DNA from: Chthoniobacteraceae bacterium
Lineage (GTDB): Bacteria; Verrucomicrobiota; Verrucomicrobiia; Chthoniobacterales; Chthoniobacteraceae
Reading direction: 5' to 3'
Length of the DNA stretch: 64,000 nt
Assembly: GCA_037190965.1 (NCBI GenBank)
Contig: JBBCKI010000072.1
Span: forward strand, 47,821-111,820
Below are positions 51,356 to 61,140 of the stretch, one piece after another. Position numbers and translations under genes: made by a program. Every line of letters starts with the position of its first letter. Position 1 is the first letter of the stretch. Under the pieces are notes generated by a model, which worked only from the letters and a program-made list of their open reading frames with translations, ran no database searches and had not been told where the DNA came from.

Positions 51356-52684
51356 CTATCCAAGAGAAAGAAGCGCCTTTTCCGCGACCGAGGCGGTGGT
51401 TTCAAGATCGGAATCGGAGTGCGCCAGCGAGATAAAACCGGCTTCGAACTGCGAAGGGGCGAAATAGACCCCGCTTTCGAGGCAATAGTGAAAATAGCGG
51501 CCAAAGGCGGCTGTGTCGCTTCGCTTGGCGTCGGCGAGGCTCAGGATCTCGCCCCTGGTAAAGAAAAGGCAGAACATCGAGCCCACGCGATGAAAGGTGA
51601 AGCCTCGACCGCCCTCGACGCCGGGCATCCGCTTCAAGGTGCTCCGCACTCGGTCCTCGAAAGCCGCCCCGATTTCCTCCAGCCGCGCCCATCCGTTGAG
51701 GCGCTCCAATTCGCGGAGCTGGGCAAGCCCGGCCGCGAGGGCGAGCGGATTGCCGGAGAGAGTGCCCGCCTGGTAGACCGGGCCGTCGGGCGAAAGCATG
51801 TCCATAATCTCCGCCCGGCCACCAAACGCCCCGACGGGAAAACCGCCCCCGATCACTTTGCCGAGCGTCGTCAGATCCGGCGTCATCCCGAACAGTTCCT
51901 GAGCGCCGCCGCGGGCCACGCGGAAGCCGGTCATTACCTCGTCAAAGATAAGGAGCGCACCATACTCCGTCGTGAGGCGGCGTAGGGCCTCCAAAAAGGC
52001 GGGCGTCGGGAAATAGAGCCCCGCGTTGCCGGGGATCGGTTCCAGAATCACTGCCGCAATCTCGCGCCCTTCGCGCCGGAACGTCGCCTCCAACGCGGCG
52101 ACATCGTTGAATGGAAGCGCAAGGGTCAGATCGGCAAAGGCCTTGGGCACGCCCGCGCTGTCGGGCTGGCCGTGGGTAAGCGCGCCGCTTCCCGCCTTGA
52201 CGAGCAGGGAATCGACATGGCCGTGGTAGCAGCCCTCGAATTTGACAATCTTGTCGCGCCCCGTGAAGCCGCGCGCCAGCCGCAGGGCTGACATGGTGGC
52301 CTCCGTCCCGGAATTGACCATCCGCACCTTCTCAATGGAGGGCACCCATTCGCAGATCAACCGGGCCATCTCGACTTCCAGGGGATTGGGAATGCCAAAG
52401 CTGACCCCGCCCGGAGCCGTCTCGCGGATCGCCTTGAGGACCGGCTCGGGAGCATGCCCGAGAATGGCAGGCCCCCAGGTGCCGACGTAATCAATCAGCT
52501 CATTTCCATCGACGTCCCAAATATGCGCTCCGGCCGCCTTTTGGATAAAGAATGGCTCCCCCCCGACTCCCCGGAAGGCGCGAACGGGCGAATTGACCCC
52601 GCCTGGAATAAACCGCCGGGCTTCGGCGAAGACGGCGGCCGAGGCGGAATGCCGGCGGAGCGGGAAGTCGGGCAGCGTACTCAT
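51356..52684 (-). CDS. hemL: Glutamate-1-semialdehyde 2,1-aminomutase
   Basis: PGGVNSPVRAF, NSGTEATM, FEGCYHG, FDEVMTGFR, GKVIGGG, QAGTLSGNP. Confidence 0.96.
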   Translation of the reverse strand: MSTLPDFPLRRHSASAAVFAEARRFIPGGVNSPVRAFRGVGGEPFFIQKAAGAHIWDVDGNELIDYVGTWGPAILGHAPEPVLKAIRETAPGGVSFGIPNPLEVEMARLICEWVPSIEKVRMVNSGTEATMSALRLARGFTGRDKIVKFEGCYHGHVDSLLVKAGSGALTHGQPDSAGVPKAFADLTLALPFNDVAALEATFRREGREIAAVILEPIPGNAGLYFPTPAFLEALRRLTTEYGALLIFDEVMTGFRVARGGAQELFGMTPDLTTLGKVIGGGFPVGAFGGRAEIMDMLSPDGPVYQAGTLSGNPLALAAGLAQLRELERLNGWARLEEIGAAFEDRVRSTLKRMPGVEGGRGFTFHRVGSMFCLFFTRGEILSLADAKRSDTAAFGRYFHYCLESGVYFAPSQFEAGFISLAHSDSDLETTASVAEKALLSLG

Positions 52685-52799
52685 AAACGAATACCTTACG
52701 CCTAAGAAAACGGGGTGGTAGTCGATTTTTTGAGGAAAAACCGCAATAAATCCGTTGCAACTTTCCGTCAAGTTGGGCAGTTTGTCCCTTCCTTACAGC

Positions 52800-52874
52800 G
52801 GCGGGGTAGCCAAGTGGTAAGGCCGGGGTCTGCAAAACCCCTATTCGCGGGTTCGATTCCCGCCCCCGCCTCCA
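52800..52874 (+). tRNA. tRNA-Cys (GCA)
   Basis: Cloverleaf; anticodon loop CTGCAAA; GGTTCGATTCC T-arm; encoded CCA end. Confidence 0.96.
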
Positions 52875-53474
52875 TCCTGATTTCATCAGGCTTGGAGCCT
52901 GTAAATGGGCTTTGCAAACAACAAAGCATATAACGGATCCGGCTCAGTCTAAGGCTATCCAGATGCGTCTGATTTACCTCAAGTAGCCCGTCGTTCACTC
53001 CGAATCCAAAAGACCGATCCATCCGGCAGGAGGATGGTGATCGCTTCGACGAAATCCGGGATCTCCTCGATATGGTCAAATTCAATGGCGCCGACATCCG
53101 GCACACCATGAAGCCGAAGCGCCTGCCGTCGTCGATTGGCCTCCGGGACGCGCTCAAGGAATGGCTCAAGATCGGGACCCGGCCTGAGGACGGTCCCGCG
53201 AATGATCGGGTCTCCACCAACTTCTGTGGATTGAATCACTCACCTTGGCAACTGTGAAGGTGAAGGGCTCTTGGCCCAGTCTCATGCACCCTCTCCCGGC
53301 TAGTTCTCTTCCCTCATCGCCATGTTTTTCGCTGCCAAGCAAGCCACCCAAACCAATGAAGCAGTACCTGCCGTAGGCTCCGAAGGGAGTGGGCCTCGGA
53401 TATCTCGCCGCATTCGGCTGAGCACTAAGCTTGTCGCAGAGAATCCCGCCGGGTATCATAAATGTCGTAGCTCG

Positions 53475-53935
53475 GATGCTATCGCGGTCGGGGGTGCTGG
53501 TCCTATAGCCGAAGCCCGGACCAGCTCCGCCGTCAAGGCTGGGGCCAATGTTGGTGAGGTTTTGCAGGAACTCGTGCTGCCAGAAGAGGCGGACTTCGGG
53601 GATGGTGACAATCTTCTCCGAGGCGTTCCGGGTGTAGCGATGCGGCCGCCCAAGTTGGTGCGGATGCTATTGGCGTTTTGCTGGGCGACGCGGAGGTCTA
53701 GGCCGTCGGCACCGGATTCCGTGAAGGGCGCGACGCCAATATAGTTATATTGCACACTGGCTATAGGGCCGAAGGTGAAGCTTCCGGCGATCCCATCGTA
53801 ACCGGCACCGAGGTAGGTGGTGAACTGGCCACCATTCGGGGTGCTGCGGGCGGTGCGGTAATGTTGCCGAACTCGATGGAGCGGCGGGCGCTGTAGTCGT
53901 TGTAGCCGCCGATCATGGCGTCGGTGTAGAAGTCG
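53475..53935 (-). pseudogene. Autotransporter beta-barrel fragment with two frameshifts
   Basis: Spliced translation FYTDAMIGGYN..PNGGQF..GPIASVQY..FTESG..IPEVRLFWQHEF parallels the barrel of 20552-24697. Confidence 0.82.
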
Positions 53936-54474
53936 CTACCTCCTGTGTCGCTTGAACCCGTATGGTGTTCAATTCGCAGAGAAAACCCTTGAGATTGGAA
54001 TGAGGTAGCGTTTTGAAGCGAACCGGCGATACGGTTAACAGGCCTGAATGGAGCGTCCTGTGAGTTTGAAGGTACTTTCAAATTTTCACCGTGTGTGCTG
54101 GCCGTGATGTGACCGATAGTCAGTATCGCTCGTGAAGAGTTCTGTTTCCGCTAATAGAGGAGGGTTATTGATGCTTAAGAAGCAAGGAGCGCAATTGTCC
54201 GTAGATCTTTTATTCATGGGCTTTACAGTGGTAGATCGCGACTCGAATGAGTGGCTGCCCTATCGGGATTTTAACCCGTTTAGGACTCTTCGCACAAATG
54301 CGTGATTTCTGATATGAAGCGGAAGGAACTGGAGGTCGGGCGATTTGGCATGAATCAGCGATGTTTTTTTCCAGCACTCTAAGAACGTGTTCAGTTTCAC
54401 CAAGGCGTATCCATGTCCATAGATTTGGTTCCGCCCCGGCGGCCCGAAGTCGGGCGATGATCTTTTGGTCCTCC

Positions 54475-54730
54475 TCATCGCGTGAACCGGGGATCAGACC
54501 CCATAAAAATCGAGCGACATAAAGCTCTCACCATTGGAACGTGGGGATCGGCACCGCCTTCCAACAGAATTTCGACCACATTCGGCAGCTTGCAGGTAGC
54601 GGCCAAATGCAATGGCTCGCGCGACGGGGGAATATCGGTTGGGATCGAGTCCTCGGCCCAGCAAGAGTTGACCCGGCGTTTGGCCTGCTTTCGCAGGTAT
54701 TCCAAGCCGGGATTGACAGGCAGCCGCTTG
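54475..54730 (-). pseudogene. Remnant of an ankyrin protein with the LP..P.LE.L.K.AK N-terminal motif
   Basis: KRLPVNPGLEYLRKQAKRR followed by PLHLAA..VEILLEGGADP; no start codon upstream of the motif. Confidence 0.65.
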
Positions 54731-54788
54731 CGCGGCTCGTTACTGCGCTTTAAGATAGAGCCCTTTGAGGTCTTGTCTGCTACCTCGA

Positions 54789-55952
54789 TTACTCGATGAT
54801 TTTCAACTCGGGCTGAATAAGCCGAAGCTGAGGCTCGGGCGGAAGTTTTCCTTTCAACCGGGCAAGAAGGAGAGAAGTCAGTTCATGCCCTATTGAAATG
54901 TTGAGTTTGTCAACCGTGGCAAGGGGGCGCGATGTCTCCCAATGGCCGTCCGGGCTTTCCTGCCAGTAGTTATCGTAACCTACGATGGCAATGTCCCGGT
55001 TTGGTTCTTTGCCGAGAATGCGACAGGCGGCGGCGAGTGCATAGCAATCGCCGTCGGTGAGGGCGAGGAGGGCGTCCACCGGCTTGGGGCCCTTGAGATG
55101 CTCTACAAGGTAGCCGGCCATGAGGCGTGCTCGAAGTTCGAAGTGTTCCTGGGTATCGACCTGAGGATTCCAGAGATTGGGGTACTCGGTGACGGGAAGC
55201 AACTCCAGCCCGTGTTCGGTAATGGCCCGTTCGAAACCGGCGGCGCGCTCGCGAAGCCATTTCGGCTTTTCTCCTTTCGGTGAGGCGGGCCAGACTCTCA
55301 GGAGACGCCGCCGCCCTCGGGAGATCAACCAGTTCGTCAACTCATAACAGCCGGCGGCGCTGTCGGAGGCAACGGTGTCGAACTTTGCGAGGTCGGTAAA
55401 ACCGTAAAAGACAACCGGAACGCCCTTATCCCGCAGGGCGATGGCGAGTTCAAGGCTTGCAGAGGGGTGGAGGGAAGGACGCAGGACGACGAGACCTCGT
55501 GGCGGATGGGCGATGAGGGTCTGGATCAACTCGTTCTGCAAAAGATCGATGTGCAGTGTCAGGGCATGCATCCGCGCGCCGCGGAGGGAATCGATAAGGC
55601 CAATCTGGATGTATCGCTCCCAGCCGGTTTGCGCTTGGGAGGGGAGGTGGTCGGAAGGGGTGTCGGTAAGGTGAGTCAGGATCGCGACGGTATCCGCCAC
55701 CAGGCCGCCACTCGGTTGGGCGGGGCCGACGATAATGCGGCGGCGATTTTCGTTGTAGCGGAGAAGCCCCTCTTGCTCGAGTGCTTTGACGGCAGCTCGT
55801 ACCGTGGTGCGTGAGACGTTAAGAAGCCTGGCGAGTTCATTTTCAGCGGGCAGTTGCTCCCCCCGGAGAAGCTGGCCTTGATGAATCCACTGCTTGAGGG
55901 TTCTTACCGATCGGGCTTTCGGCGAGCTGTTCTTGATGACCTGATTTTCCAC
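54789..55952 (-). CDS. GntR wHTH plus LacI-type transcriptional regulator
   Basis: LPAENELARLLNVSRTTVRAA; DIAIVGYDN; LATVD. Confidence 0.9.
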   Translation of the reverse strand: MENQVIKNSSPKARSVRTLKQWIHQGQLLRGEQLPAENELARLLNVSRTTVRAAVKALEQEGLLRYNENRRRIIVGPAQPSGGLVADTVAILTHLTDTPSDHLPSQAQTGWERYIQIGLIDSLRGARMHALTLHIDLLQNELIQTLIAHPPRGLVVLRPSLHPSASLELAIALRDKGVPVVFYGFTDLAKFDTVASDSAAGCYELTNWLISRGRRRLLRVWPASPKGEKPKWLRERAAGFERAITEHGLELLPVTEYPNLWNPQVDTQEHFELRARLMAGYLVEHLKGPKPVDALLALTDGDCYALAAACRILGKEPNRDIAIVGYDNYWQESPDGHWETSRPLATVDKLNISIGHELTSLLLARLKGKLPPEPQLRLIQPELKIIE

Positions 55953-56120
55953 TCGTTTAACTGTCTATGGCGAATTGCGTTGCAAGACAATAAAAATCAT
56001 CAGGTGGTCCTCTGAGGTAAGATTCTTTCTTTGGGTGAGATAATGCTGGTGCAATGCGCGATTTTAATGTACCAAAAAGAACAATTGTTTAGAAATTGTC
56101 TTTTCTGATTCCCTTGACGT

Positions 56121-59100
56121 ATGAGTCCGTCCCCCGTTCATTCGTTGTCATCCTCTCTGCTGGAGCCGATTGAATCGGCCTCTGGGCCGATGTGGCGTTG
56201 GGTTGAGAGTTGCGGGCTTCGCCATGAGCAGCAGGTGCTCTCCTTAAGAGTGAGGGACGAGTGGGGCGACGGGTTTTGCGATGCCAAAGGGAACCGGGCG
56301 CCATCGCAGCGGTCACTGGAGTTCCCGGAGAAGGTCTTCTTGTTGCGGGGGGTGGAACCGTTTGAAGCGGTGGAGATTCGCCCGGTTACAGAGCAATGGC
56401 CGGTTCAGGGTGAAACGGTTTCTTTCCGACGGTCGGGGGAAGTGGGGGTTCTCACCAATGGGCGGTTTAGTCTGGAGGTGTGGATGGGGAATGAGCAGGC
56501 TGCGCCATTGGACCGGGGGCTCACGGGGCCGATCATCCGGTTCCAGATCGGCGATGGAGCATGGCGCGGCACCAGTTTCCTCGACACGCGCAGGAAAGTG
56601 GTTTCCCAAGAGGGAACTGTGGTGGAAGAGGGGCCAATCCGCTTGGTGTACCGTTATCGGGTCGGCTTTGGCGGAGGGGGATTCTATACAGCGGAGTTGA
56701 CGGTGGATGCCGGGGCGCTGTTTGCCCGGGTGGACGAGCATTTCGAGCCCGGGGCTTCTCAAGCGGGGTGTGGCGATCAGGTCGTTTGGGATTTCACGGC
56801 AGACGATTTGCCCAAAGCGTTTTATGCGCTCGATTCCGGCGCGGGCTTCAAGAACCGTCCCGTGACCTATCACTATGATACCCGGCTCGCCCGCCTTGCA
56901 GCCTGGACGCAGCAGTCCCAGCATCTCGACTACGTGGACGGGTTCGCGCTCGGATTCCGCCAAGGGGACGAGGTTGTCGGCTTTATCACGCTGGAAGGAG
57001 GTGGCTGGAAGGGAGGCAAACTGAATCATCTGGAGGCGTGGACGAGGCGTTGGTTGCCCGGCGTTCGAGAGAGTCGTCGTGACCTCCCAGCCAGTGCCAA
57101 GGCCGACAGCTATCCTGGGCCGGAGAGAGTGGCGGCGCGCGGGGGCGTGGTGTGTGAACCTCACTTCAACGTGGAAGGGTGGATCGGATCCGGGCGGCGC
57201 TCTTATGCCCTTGTGTTGACAACTCTGCCGGAGATCACGCCGCAGACCGCAGCGGATGAGATTCCACTCGGGCATTTCGATGTGGTTCCGGTGCGTGAAC
57301 ATTATCGGAGCCAGCAGAGCTTGTTGCGGCGGATTCATATTCAATACGGAGTGATGCCGCTTCAGGCGATTTTGGGGTCTGTCCTCTCATGGCCGGAGGA
57401 GGAGAACCGCGAGTCGATATTTCACTATCCCAACTCCGTGTTGGATCTTCATTTCGGCAAGCGTGTGGAAGCTTCCCAGGCAGCGCGGGAGATGGCCGAT
57501 TATCTTGCAGCGCGTGTCTACGGTTTCTGGGAGGGATCGGGGACCGCCTATTCCAATCCGGTGGTTAGCCGAAAGATCGCTCCGGAGATGTTCCGTTACG
57601 AATGGCTGGTGAAAAACGGAACATTGACGGAAGACGAGCGACGGCTGCTGCGGGCTCATTTTGCGTTCCTGACGCTGCTGTTCGAGTCTGAAAATTATTA
57701 CACGGGCGACGCTGCCATGTTGCCTTCCGAGGATCGCGATTCCACGGAGCCTAGCCTCGCGGGGATGGCGAATCAGAACTTTTATACCGACACCTTCAAT
57801 GTACTGGGTGTCAGTGCCCAGGTCTTTTATCGGCATCCTCGCGCGGAGGTCTGGCGGGCGCGATTTGCGGAGCAGTGGGGGAAGCAACTGGCTTTCCATG
57901 TTTACCCTGAAAGCGGGGTTTGGGAGGAGAGCCACACATACTATGAGCATGTGCTTCATACCGTGCTGCCTACCCTGCTTCGCAGGAGGACGGATGGGTG
58001 CGATGACTTTTTTGCCGATCCAAAAATGCAGAAGTTGGTGAGGGCTGCGCTTTGCCAGCTTACCCCTCGGGATGCCTTCCTCGGCGGGAGGCGGTGTCTG
58101 ATCCCTTTTGGCGATCATGGGGCCGAGCCGAAGCCGGCCCTTTTCCGCGAGTTCGCGGAGGCGTTCGAATTGACCGCGCCTGAGCTTTCGGCTCAATTGG
58201 CCTGGGCATCGCGGGAGTTCGAGGGAGCGCCGGCCGGCGAGAAGGAGTATCGCCCCCCATGGCAGAATGAGGCGGTGCAGGGATTGGGGATCTTGTTCCG
58301 CAGCCGGGATGCGAACGGGGAGGAGGCTCTTTTTGCGTTGCGAAGCGGGGCGGCGTGGGGACACCACCATAACGACGACGGGAGCTTTCAGTTCTATGCA
58401 AAAGGGCGCTCGCTGGTGGTCGATTCCTGCTTTGGGAACAACCAGCCGGAGCGGCGGAAGTTTGAGGCAACCGGACATAGCCGGTGGTCGCTGCGGGATG
58501 TCGCGCCGGTGAATTTCTACTGGCGGTTCAATCGCGGGTGGGTCACGGAATCAGTTCTTGAGGGGCGGTTCCCGTATGCCCGGAGCTTCAGCCCTGTTTA
58601 CACCGTCCGGGGCGGAGCGGCATTCGCAGAGGCCCTCACGCCTCCCGTCCTGCATTGGCGAACGGTGGTGCAACTTGGCGCGACAACCTTTCTGATTCTG
58701 GATGAGGCGAACTCTGAGTTTCCGCAGGTGGTGCATTTCCACCTTGCGGGAGGCGGTGCCGTGCAACGGGAGAACCGTACGGTGCTGGAGTTCGAGAGCG
58801 GAAAGCTGGAATTGCTTCCTCTTTGGGGCGCTACGAAGGCCCCCGTCTTGATCGAGCGGGAAGCGCCCGGCGACAAGTTGCCCGGTGTTTTCCGGTCGAG
58901 CGAGGTGACGTTCGATATTGGGCATGTTTCCTCGGCGGCCTTTCTCCTGCATGCGGGGAACGCGGACGAAGAGCTCAGGATCGAGGAGGTCAATGAAAAG
59001 TATGAGCTGGGATTTTCAGGAAGAGAGCTGGTGCTTTCCCGGGATGTCACTGGGGAAGCCGGTGGCGCACTGGTTCTGAAAGACCGGGTCAGTGGAGAGT

Positions 59101-59138
59101 TTTTGATTTTGGATTTTAACAACGATGTCTTTAACTAA
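56121..59138 (+). CDS. Large protein with heparinase II/III-like (polysaccharide lyase-like) region
   Basis: NQNF, GVWEESHTY, PFGDH, GHHHNDDGSF..LVVD, HS motifs; no obvious signal peptide. Confidence 0.65.
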   Translation: MSPSPVHSLSSSLLEPIESASGPMWRWVESCGLRHEQQVLSLRVRDEWGDGFCDAKGNRAPSQRSLEFPEKVFLLRGVEPFEAVEIRPVTEQWPVQGETVSFRRSGEVGVLTNGRFSLEVWMGNEQAAPLDRGLTGPIIRFQIGDGAWRGTSFLDTRRKVVSQEGTVVEEGPIRLVYRYRVGFGGGGFYTAELTVDAGALFARVDEHFEPGASQAGCGDQVVWDFTADDLPKAFYALDSGAGFKNRPVTYHYDTRLARLAAWTQQSQHLDYVDGFALGFRQGDEVVGFITLEGGGWKGGKLNHLEAWTRRWLPGVRESRRDLPASAKADSYPGPERVAARGGVVCEPHFNVEGWIGSGRRSYALVLTTLPEITPQTAADEIPLGHFDVVPVREHYRSQQSLLRRIHIQYGVMPLQAILGSVLSWPEEENRESIFHYPNSVLDLHFGKRVEASQAAREMADYLAARVYGFWEGSGTAYSNPVVSRKIAPEMFRYEWLVKNGTLTEDERRLLRAHFAFLTLLFESENYYTGDAAMLPSEDRDSTEPSLAGMANQNFYTDTFNVLGVSAQVFYRHPRAEVWRARFAEQWGKQLAFHVYPESGVWEESHTYYEHVLHTVLPTLLRRRTDGCDDFFADPKMQKLVRAALCQLTPRDAFLGGRRCLIPFGDHGAEPKPALFREFAEAFELTAPELSAQLAWASREFEGAPAGEKEYRPPWQNEAVQGLGILFRSRDANGEEALFALRSGAAWGHHHNDDGSFQFYAKGRSLVVDSCFGNNQPERRKFEATGHSRWSLRDVAPVNFYWRFNRGWVTESVLEGRFPYARSFSPVYTVRGGAAFAEALTPPVLHWRTVVQLGATTFLILDEANSEFPQVVHFHLAGGGAVQRENRTVLEFESGKLELLPLWGATKAPVLIEREAPGDKLPGVFRSSEVTFDIGHVSSAAFLLHAGNADEELRIEEVNEKYELGFSGRELVLSRDVTGEAGGALVLKDRVSGEFLILDFNNDVFN

Positions 59139-60180
59139 TCATTCCAAGATCCCGATCGCCGTGGTTGGGTTGAATTTCGGTCGCCATATTATCGATAGTC
59201 AACTATTGAGCGGCCCGGGAGCGCCCTATTTTTCGTTGGCGGGGATCTGTGACATTGATGGAAGGCGGGCCGCCGAGTCATCGGCGGCGTTGAATGTGAA
59301 GGTGTATGCCGACTTGGACGAGATCCTCGCTGACCCCTCGGTTCCTGCGGTGGCGCTGTATACGGGGCCCTTTCGGAGGGGCGATCTATTGCGAAAGATC
59401 ATTCGGGCCGGGAAGGATGTCATCACCACGAAGCCATTTGAACTGAATCCTGAACTGGCTCTCTCCGTGATGGAGGAGGCGCGGCAGACTGGGCGCGTTG
59501 TGCATTTGAATTCCCCGGCCCCGGTCTACCCGATGGATATTTGCCAAATCCTGGATTGGCAGAAGCGCTATGACCTGGGTCAGCCGGTGGGATGCCGCGC
59601 GGATGTCTGGGTGCAGTATCAGGAGGGCGCCGACGGTACATGGCTGGATGATCCGGAAAAGTGCCCGGTCGCGCCGATTTTTCGTCTCGGAATCTATCTG
59701 ATCAACGATCTCATTGCCCTGTTCGGACAGGCGGACGAAGTGCAGGTGTTCTCCTCGCGGTTGACGACGGGACGCCCAACGCCGGATACGGCGCAACTCG
59801 GTATCCGGTTTAAGAATGGAGGGTTGGCTAACATCTTCGCCAGCTTCTGCGTGAAAGACGGAGACCATTACCGGGATGGGTTGACGCTCAATTTCCAGAA
59901 CGGAACGGTCTATCGCAATGCGGGGCCGGTCCGTAGCGCATCGGCGGACAATGGTGTTTCCGAGTTATCGCTAGTGATTGCGCGGGGGAATGAGCGCGTG
60001 CTGGCGGAGCAGACAGAGGTGAGTGCCAGCGGGCATTATCGCTGGGATCTCTTCTACCGGGCGATGCGGGGCGAGCGGCTTGAAGGAGAGATTTCCCCCG
60101 AGCAGGTGGCGGGAGGCTTGAAGGTGATTCGGGCAATGGCTCAAGCGGCAGAGAGCGGGCGGTCCGTGCGTGTTGAATAG
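59125..60180 (+). CDS. Gfo/Idh/MocA oxidoreductase
   Basis: IAVVGLNFG, AGKDVITTKP. Confidence 0.85.
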   Translation: MSLTNHSKIPIAVVGLNFGRHIIDSQLLSGPGAPYFSLAGICDIDGRRAAESSAALNVKVYADLDEILADPSVPAVALYTGPFRRGDLLRKIIRAGKDVITTKPFELNPELALSVMEEARQTGRVVHLNSPAPVYPMDICQILDWQKRYDLGQPVGCRADVWVQYQEGADGTWLDDPEKCPVAPIFRLGIYLINDLIALFGQADEVQVFSSRLTTGRPTPDTAQLGIRFKNGGLANIFASFCVKDGDHYRDGLTLNFQNGTVYRNAGPVRSASADNGVSELSLVIARGNERVLAEQTEVSASGHYRWDLFYRAMRGERLEGEISPEQVAGGLKVIRAMAQAAESGRSVRVE

Positions 60181-60199
60181 CAGGAAGCCACGATCTTTT

Positions 60200-61054
60200 A
60201 TGGTTGGAATTGATCTCGGTTTTTGTTGGGCATTCGGGTCTTCTTCCGTGCCGGAAGATGAGCTGCCTTATTTGCGGGATTGCGGCTTCGATGGCATCGA
60301 GCTTTGGCCGCAGGCATTGGAGCAGTTCGGAGTAGCGCGCTGGGCGCGGACTTTGCGTAATGAGGGCATGAGGGCGTTGCAGCTTTGCCCTTATTTCAAC
60401 TTTGTGGGAGGGCCGGAGAAAGTTTGGGCGAGCCGGGAGATGTTTTTCCGGTATCTGGAGATGGCGCAGGAGCTGGAGTGCAGCCGGTTGCGTGTTTTTA
60501 CCGGGCCGCCCTGGGGTGAAGGAGTCGTGGGAGCAAAGGCTGCGACCGAGGCACAGTGGGCTTCCGCGATTGAGAACCTCCGTGAGTACGGTGAAGTCGC
60601 GGGGAAGGCTGGCGTGGAGCTTTGCCTGGAGTGCCATGAAGGAAGCCTGATGGAAGACGCCCCTTCGGCATTGCGCCTCCTGCGTGCGGTGGACCACCCC
60701 GCGCTGACGACGAATCTACAACTGCCGTTGCTCAATGAGGCATGGGAGCGAAGCCTGGAACTCCTCGGTGCCTATACGTCGCATATCCACATTCATAACT
60801 GGACAGAGGGGCTTGGGCGCGGGGAGCAGACCTATCTCGGTGAGGGAGCCTTTGATTGGCTGCCCGTCATTAATCGCCTGGTGGGCGATTTCGAGCGGTC
60901 GCTATGTCTTTCCGTGGAGCATCCTGATCATGGAGGAAAATCGACGCTCCGTGAAACAGCGCGCCGGGATGGAGCAACGCTTCGTCAGTGGCGGCGAATA
61001 GCGGAGTACAAAAAGGTGCAAAGTTTATCAAAGGTTCTTTTTTGTAGAAATTAA
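60200..61054 (+). CDS. Sugar phosphate isomerase/epimerase (TIM barrel)
   Basis: GFDGIELW, LECHE, HIHIHN, LGEG.FDW, SVEH. Confidence 0.85.
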   Translation: MVGIDLGFCWAFGSSSVPEDELPYLRDCGFDGIELWPQALEQFGVARWARTLRNEGMRALQLCPYFNFVGGPEKVWASREMFFRYLEMAQELECSRLRVFTGPPWGEGVVGAKAATEAQWASAIENLREYGEVAGKAGVELCLECHEGSLMEDAPSALRLLRAVDHPALTTNLQLPLLNEAWERSLELLGAYTSHIHIHNWTEGLGRGEQTYLGEGAFDWLPVINRLVGDFERSLCLSVEHPDHGGKSTLRETARRDGATLRQWRRIAEYKKVQSLSKVLFCRN

Positions 61055-61140
61055 TTGACCTTGTATTTTTTCGGTGTCACGATTTCCGCTGGTTGGTCAA
61101 AAAAGTTTTCACTTCGGAAACTTACTTGGTACTGCTGATT

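Noticed and set aside
52985..53257. Possible integrase fragment next to tRNA-Cys
   Set aside because: No R-H-R-Y catalytic motifs are visible; identity is unsupported.
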